From: a virus
DNA length: 64,000 nucleotides
Direction: 5' to 3' (one strand)
Virus record (IMG/VR): IMGVR_UViG_3300031857_000018
Location: 105,329-169,328 of that record
Below, in pieces: positions 59,205 through 64,000 of this stretch (the stretch's first letter is position 1; every line of letters starts with the position of its first letter). The notes under the pieces were generated by a model, which did no database searches, was not told the DNA's origin, and was given only the letters and a program-made list of their open reading frames with translations. The position numbers were made by a program, and so were the translations under genes.

Positions 59205-59249
59205 ACTCTAATATAAGAAGAATTATGTTAGAAACCAACCAAACAGTAA

Positions 59250-59279
59250 AAAAGTGCCAACATTACTGCTGACACTTTT
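59250..59279 (-). terminator. intrinsic terminator of the inserted cassette
   Basis: AAAAGUGUCAG/UUGGCACUUUU hairpin plus U-tract. Confidence 0.65.
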
Positions 59280-59296
59280 ATTATTAATGTTATTCA

Positions 59297-59854
59297 TTAA
59301 ATGTTTTTTGCCATAACAAATTCATCAACTGACTGATCACAATAAGCATCTACAATTCCGTTATATTTTAAGTTACGCCAATCTTGTTTTGCTAAGCGCT
59401 TAGGTGTTTCTTTTATAAAGGTTATAACTTCGTGTGGAACTGGATTTGTTTTGCAAAATTTTAACACTTCATCATAAATTTCCTGTAACGTATCTAGATC
59501 GTTAGTTTCTACCGCGATGTCCCAATCACTGTCTGACTCAAATGTATCAAAGATAAATCCTTTAATGCTTTTTCGATATGAATCAACCCATTCTTTTCTA
59601 TCTGCATACATGTCATCGAGCCAAGTACATGCATCTGGATTATTTATATACATATAATACTTATACGTATCATCCGACTCGGTTCTTGCAGGCGTCGTTT
59701 TTGGTGTTTTGGGTTGATTTACAATATCCGATGATGCAATTAACATCTTCGCAAAATTTAAAATTACATCATCTTGCGAATCAATAACTGATTCTGGATA
59801 CCCTAATGCTGCTAATTGATACCGCAGCGCTAATAAAATGCTTTGTTCTTTCAT
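59297..59854 (-). CDS. hypothetical protein in a self-contained early cassette
   Basis: Own promoter (59883-59911) and terminator. Confidence 0.75.
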   Translation of the reverse strand: MKEQSILLALRYQLAALGYPESVIDSQDDVILNFAKMLIASSDIVNQPKTPKTTPARTESDDTYKYYMYINNPDACTWLDDMYADRKEWVDSYRKSIKGFIFDTFESDSDWDIAVETNDLDTLQEIYDEVLKFCKTNPVPHEVITFIKETPKRLAKQDWRNLKYNGIVDAYCDQSVDEFVMAKNI

Positions 59855-59882
59855 CTCTTTTTATTTATTGGTTAATATGCTA

Positions 59883-59911
59883 AATATAAGAAAAAAAAGA
59901 ACATGTGTCAA
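59883..59911 (-). promoter_or_regulatory. class-I promoter TTGACA-N17-TATATT
   Basis: Exact 17-nt spacing; upstream sequence nearly identical to 3094-3123. Confidence 0.75.
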
Positions 59912-59934
59912 CCTTTTTCCAAGAAAAGTTTAAA

Positions 59935-60150
59935 TTATTTGCTAAGTTCCAAATATTGAGCAGATTTTTCTTTGAGATATATATCGATTAGATCTTTTGT
60001 TTTTTCGAGGTCTTGTTCAAAGCTTCCTTTATGACGACATCGCACAATGCGTTTAATTATATCAAATTCATAACTATTTAGACCCCAATCGTCAGCAAAT
60101 TTATATAGGCTATCTTTGCCTTTGTAATATGACTGCGTGTTTACACTCAT
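59935..60150 (-). CDS. DUF3310-like (T7 gp1.7-like) protein
   Basis: YY.G...IK...R...KG...DL.K pattern. Confidence 0.6.
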   Translation of the reverse strand: MSVNTQSYYKGKDSLYKFADDWGLNSYEFDIIKRIVRCRHKGSFEQDLEKTKDLIDIYLKEKSAQYLELSK

Positions 60151-60596
60151 TTTTTAACTCCTTTTATCATTGTTTTAATCTCGGCTTCAGTATAGCCGTA
60201 TAATGCTAACAGTCGGGTGCAACTATCCTGATTAAGTAGATCTGCGTAGTCAGTTGCCTCAGTTTTACTGACTTGATAATGTTCTGCAAGTTGTGCGATT
60301 AGTTTGTCTGAAAACTTGTCGTCTTTCTTGCCTTTAACATATTTGGCAAACGATTTGTTTGCTGGCAACAGGGAATGATATAACCTATAGGTTTCGCGTG
60401 GTTTTAACAGGCCGATTGTGTATGTTTGTAACTCATTGATAATTTCTACTAGATCCTGTCGCATCGAAAGCCATCTGTTCACGATATATGGTGAAAATTT
60501 GGACTGATCCGTTTCTGAATATTTAGACCATTCTTTCTTTTTGCTTGTTACGCCGTCAACGAAATCAAAAATTGTTGCACCCTTTTTTTCTGTCAT
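60147..60596 (-). CDS. clamp loader small subunit (T4 gp62-like)
   Basis: FSPYIVNRWLS, F.KYVK, YQVS..EA..Y motifs; genomic context. Confidence 0.75.
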   Translation of the reverse strand: MTEKKGATIFDFVDGVTSKKKEWSKYSETDQSKFSPYIVNRWLSMRQDLVEIINELQTYTIGLLKPRETYRLYHSLLPANKSFAKYVKGKKDDKFSDKLIAQLAEHYQVSKTEATDYADLLNQDSCTRLLALYGYTEAEIKTMIKGVKK

Positions 60597-60805
60597 AGTT
60601 TGTATTTTTGTTTGTATTTCTGTTCAAATAAATCACCAATACCTATTTCCAATATAACTGCATTATCTGGAATTCCGGGTATTTTTCGTTCTAACACATC
60701 ATCGATACTTTTGTTGCGCAATGTTTTCATTTTTGTTTTTGCATTGCTTCGATTGGATGTTTTAAACACGATTGTTACATCAGATTTATAATATGGTGCT
60801 GACAT
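60593..60805 (-). CDS. hypothetical protein
   Basis: 70-aa ORF in an operon. Confidence 0.65.
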   Translation of the reverse strand: MSAPYYKSDVTIVFKTSNRSNAKTKMKTLRNKSIDDVLERKIPGIPDNAVILEIGIGDLFEQKYKQKYKL

Positions 60806-61023
60806 TATTTTTTTAGTTTGATTGGTTGAAATTCTTCAGGTATTGATCCACAATCGTCACAACGAAAGACCGGGACAGGTACCATTGTGTCTTTATCGCC
60901 ACCCGTTAAGAATTTTGATACTTTGTTGATTGCCATTACCTGACGAAAATACAATCCGTCACATTCTTTGCATTGTATCGGTTGCATATCATTTGGACCG
61001 ATATTCACATTCATTTTACTCAT
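60805..61023 (-). CDS. small zinc-ribbon protein
   Basis: CxxC...CxxCG. Confidence 0.75.
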   Translation of the reverse strand: MSKMNVNIGPNDMQPIQCKECDGLYFRQVMAINKVSKFLTGGDKDTMVPVPVFRCDDCGSIPEEFQPIKLKK

Positions 61024-61946
61024 ATTTCTCCTAATAGATTTACAAACATTGCCATTATGTTGATTTCTTTGTCTACTACACTTGCATCTTTGTATTGAGC
61101 CTCAGCAATAATCAAAATGCATGGACCAATATGCCCTGTGGCAAAATCATCTAATGCATCAAACAAGAAAGTGTATAATGGCGTAAAGTCTCGCACTTTG
61201 CTATCTGCAATAATTTGCCGAATCTTTGCAAATGCTGATTTTTTGTCTTTTGAATCCTGCAGTACTGCTAGAATTTCAGTCATATAATTTGCTTGAATTG
61301 CACTTGCTCGATCTAATTGCAATGCACCGCCAACTACTGATGCTTGTGCAGCGTTAATTGCTCTGCGGATATCCGGATATGATGAATTGATTATTGCTGC
61401 TACATCCTTAATATCGTAACTTACCTCATTTTGCTCTAATACTTGCACTAAACGCTTTGCTACATCTGTTTTACTAGGAGGTGTGATTGCAAATGTCTGA
61501 CATCGTGATTGAATTGGATCAATAATCTTTTCAACATAATTACATGTTAAAATAAAGCGTGTTGTTTTACTGTATGTCTCCATTAGATTGCGAAGAGCTG
61601 CCTGTGCATTTGGCGTCAAGTAATCTGCCTCATCCAAAATGATAATTTTCCATCTGCGAAATCCGACTGTTGATGCATATCGCTTAATTTTGTCGCGAAC
61701 TGCATCTACTGAGTTTTCATCTGATGCATTTATATACATAACATCGGCATCCACACTTCCGGCGATAATTTTTGCCAAAGTGGTCTTCCCGGTGCCAGCT
61801 GTGCCATAGAATAACAAGTGAGGAACATCGCCATTAGCAATAAAAACTTTAACTTTTTCAATGATATGCTCATTTCCAATATATCCTTCCAATGTGTCTG
61901 GGCGAAATGATTCAACCCATAATGTGTTTTCTGTGTTTCCGTACAT
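61020..61946 (-). CDS. clamp loader AAA+ subunit (RFC small subunit/T4 gp44-like)
   Basis: WVE.FRP, GTAGTGKTT, NASD, LDEAD, SRC. Confidence 0.95.
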   Translation of the reverse strand: MYGNTENTLWVESFRPDTLEGYIGNEHIIEKVKVFIANGDVPHLLFYGTAGTGKTTLAKIIAGSVDADVMYINASDENSVDAVRDKIKRYASTVGFRRWKIIILDEADYLTPNAQAALRNLMETYSKTTRFILTCNYVEKIIDPIQSRCQTFAITPPSKTDVAKRLVQVLEQNEVSYDIKDVAAIINSSYPDIRRAINAAQASVVGGALQLDRASAIQANYMTEILAVLQDSKDKKSAFAKIRQIIADSKVRDFTPLYTFLFDALDDFATGHIGPCILIIAEAQYKDASVVDKEINIMAMFVNLLGEI

Positions 61947-61947
61947 A

Positions 61948-62373
61948 TTATAAACCTGTTGATCCGAATCCTTTATCTCCTCGTTTAGTTCCTGTTAATG
62001 AATCAACCGGCAACCATTCAATTCGCTCTACTTTGCAAAGCACCAATTGTGCAATGCGATCTCCCTTTTTAAATTCAACTGATCTAGGTCCATGATTAAT
62101 CATGATGACACAAATTTCACCGCGGTAATCTGAATCTATAGTTCCTGGAGAATTTAATACTGTAATTCCGTGTTTAATTGCTAAGCCACTTCTAGGTCTT
62201 ACTTGAATTTCATACCCTTGTGGAATTTCTACAAATAATCCGGTTGGGACTAGATGCCGACCTCCACAGTCAATTGCAAAATCTTCAGCGCAACATACAT
62301 CTAGGCCAGCAGCTCCCGAAGTTTCATACCCCGGAAGCATATTTGCTGATTTATTTTTTACTGGTACTATCAT
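61948..62373 (-). CDS. dut: dUTPase (trimeric)
   Basis: AGLD, RPRSG, GTIDSDYRGE, RIAQL, RG..GFGSTG. Confidence 0.96.
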   Translation of the reverse strand: MIVPVKNKSANMLPGYETSGAAGLDVCCAEDFAIDCGGRHLVPTGLFVEIPQGYEIQVRPRSGLAIKHGITVLNSPGTIDSDYRGEICVIMINHGPRSVEFKKGDRIAQLVLCKVERIEWLPVDSLTGTKRGDKGFGSTGL

Positions 62374-62375
62374 AA

Positions 62376-63086
62376 TTAATTCTGTAATTGTACTAGCCAA
62401 TAAGATGATTGAAAGTCAGTTCCTGCAAAATCAATTCTTGCAAGCCCGTCTGGAGACACATGAAGCTGACCAGCATCTCCGCGATTTGCAGTCAATACTT
62501 CTTTCAATTTATCTGCTGAGAAACAAATTGGATCCATATCATCTACGGGAGTATTGCCTATTTCAAATGAAATATTGTCTGCATTAATTGTGGTATAGTT
62601 AATTACAAAGATAATCTTGCCACCTTTAACTTGCACTGCAAAGTTTTTTGCATCGGGTAAGGCATTCTTTGCTTTGATGAACTTGGTGATGAACTCATCA
62701 TTAACATCAATTGATACCATGTACTCAGGCTCTGCATTAATAGTTGGTACTGCAGGAATAACCGTTGTGTCAGCCAACATGAATGTTAATTTTGTGGATC
62801 CTTCGGAAATTTTCATTGCATAATTCTTTCCTCCAGCTTCTTGCACATTGATTTCAATGTTTTCGCCTACTGCTCCTAACATCTTTGTCAATGCACCGGT
62901 ATGATTGATACCTAACGACCCTTTCATGAACGGAGTCGTCTTCCATTGAATTTTACCTACCACTGTCTGATCTTGGTCGATTAAGTCGCACCCAACACCA
63001 TCAGCATTTTCTTTTAGAATAACCGCTTCACAGTTTCCTGCTAAGTAATAACGATTAATAAATGATTGTAACTTGCTTTTTTCCAT
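62376..63086 (-). CDS. DNA sliding clamp (gp45/PCNA-like)
   Basis: 236-aa acidic two-domain alpha/beta pattern; next to the clamp loader. Confidence 0.7.
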   Translation of the reverse strand: MEKSKLQSFINRYYLAGNCEAVILKENADGVGCDLIDQDQTVVGKIQWKTTPFMKGSLGINHTGALTKMLGAVGENIEINVQEAGGKNYAMKISEGSTKLTFMLADTTVIPAVPTINAEPEYMVSIDVNDEFITKFIKAKNALPDAKNFAVQVKGGKIIFVINYTTINADNISFEIGNTPVDDMDPICFSADKLKEVLTANRGDAGQLHVSPDGLARIDFAGTDFQSSYWLVQLQN

Positions 63087-63095
63087 TTTTACCTT

Positions 63096-64000
63096 TTAAA
63101 ATTTAAAGAATTCTGCGAATTTATTTGCATCGGTCGTTGATATTGAATCTCCGCCGAATTTTTTATATGTTTTTTTGTATTTTGAGTATACGTGCATTGC
63201 ATTGTCTGGATCTGAGAACATATCGTGCAATGATAACACTACATTGAATAAATCAGTCGGAATAGCCGTTTCTAACAATTCAACATGGCTGTCAACCATT
63301 TTATCAATATCATTTGCAATGTCTACATACAGGTGCGTGTTGTGCACAACCATACGAGGCATACCTTCCTGTGAATAACGATCTAAACCGTCTGCTGTCT
63401 GGCCTCCTAGGTATTCATATGTAAAATCTTTGCATGCTGGGCAATCTAGGCTACAAGGCACATGTTTTGTCTTGTCAATCTCTACAGACTCCTTGCCTTT
63501 CTTGATATGTGTCTTTCTGCGATACTCGGCATTCTTTGGAAAATACAATTCCGTGAATGTTTGTGTTTTGTAGTTGCCTGAATGCAGATATGTTCCATAT
63601 ACTGGATATTGACCTGGAGAAGATGAATCCGTAGATAATTGCACTCGGCCTTTAGTCAAATCATTAAGCAATTTCTGCAAGGTTGACAAGATGAAGAAAT
63701 CCGATATTTTTGAAATACCCAACAAGTGAATGTATTGCACATGGGGTTTTTCAAATTCTCGTTCCTGCAACATTAGTGCAATCACATACATGAAATCTAC
63801 TAGTCGCTTTGGACCTCCAATACACCAACCGTTAAAGTCAAAATCTTTGAACTTGTGGTACCAAGTGTTGTATTCTTCATTGTATGTTCCTTGGATTACA
63901 TTCAGAAATTTAGTTTTACCTGACTGATGCTTTTCAAACCATTTAAAGTTGTCAAAGGAAATATCCATCGAATCCTGAAAACGATTTTCAAATGTCACTC
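63096..64000 (-). CDS. TGT/DpdA-like guanine transglycosylase (start lies beyond the window)
   Basis: NVIQG, GWCIGG, IHLLG, DSSS, Cys-rich Zn site (PCSLDCPAC) and HN motif. Confidence 0.72.
   Translation of the reverse strand, partial: VTFENRFQDSMDISFDNFKWFEKHQSGKTKFLNVIQGTYNEEYNTWYHKFKDFDFNGWCIGGPKRLVDFMYVIALMLQEREFEKPHVQYIHLLGISKISDFFILSTLQKLLNDLTKGRVQLSTDSSSPGQYPVYGTYLHSGNYKTQTFTELYFPKNAEYRRKTHIKKGKESVEIDKTKHVPCSLDCPACKDFTYEYLGGQTADGLDRYSQEGMPRMVVHNTHLYVDIANDIDKMVDSHVELLETAIPTDLFNVVLSLHDMFSDPDNAMHVYSKYKKTYKKFGGDSISTTDANKFAEFFKF

Overview
This is a 64-kb fragment of a large, AT-rich, T4-like dsDNA bacteriophage genome. It uses the standard genetic code and essentially all genes are on the minus strand. 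The host is most likely a Bacteroidota bacterium: the GroEL and ClpS look Bacteroidota-like, two proteins carry T9SS-type C-terminal sorting domains, and the leaders are A-rich without Shine-Dalgarno sites. From left to right the window holds: (1) 1-3.1 kb, small early genes, most behind their own near-identical promoter; (2) a promoter-driven, multi-hairpin ncRNA at about 3.15-3.51 kb; (3) a CTAAAAATA short-repeat array at 3.6-4.45 kb, a candidate terminus, packaging site or origin; (4) DNA ligase, lytic transglycosylase, phosphoesterases and a T9SS cargo protein; (5) a coiled-coil protein gene followed at its stop codon by a rod-like ~310-nt structured RNA; (6) a tRNA cluster (Trp, Leu, Leu, Glu) with tRNA-like RNAs; (7) thyA, GroEL, a MoxR-type AAA+/vWA pair, a second T9SS cargo, ClpS and putative internal head proteins; (8) a lysis cassette apparently co-transcribed with a PAS histidine kinase and a receiver protein; (9) a ~16-kb sugar-biosynthesis/glycosyltransferase island; (10) a replication block with a PD-(D/E)XK nuclease, clamp loader, dUTPase, sliding clamp and a TGT/DpdA-like protein. 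All calls are by-eye motif recognition; no database searches or folding programs were run.
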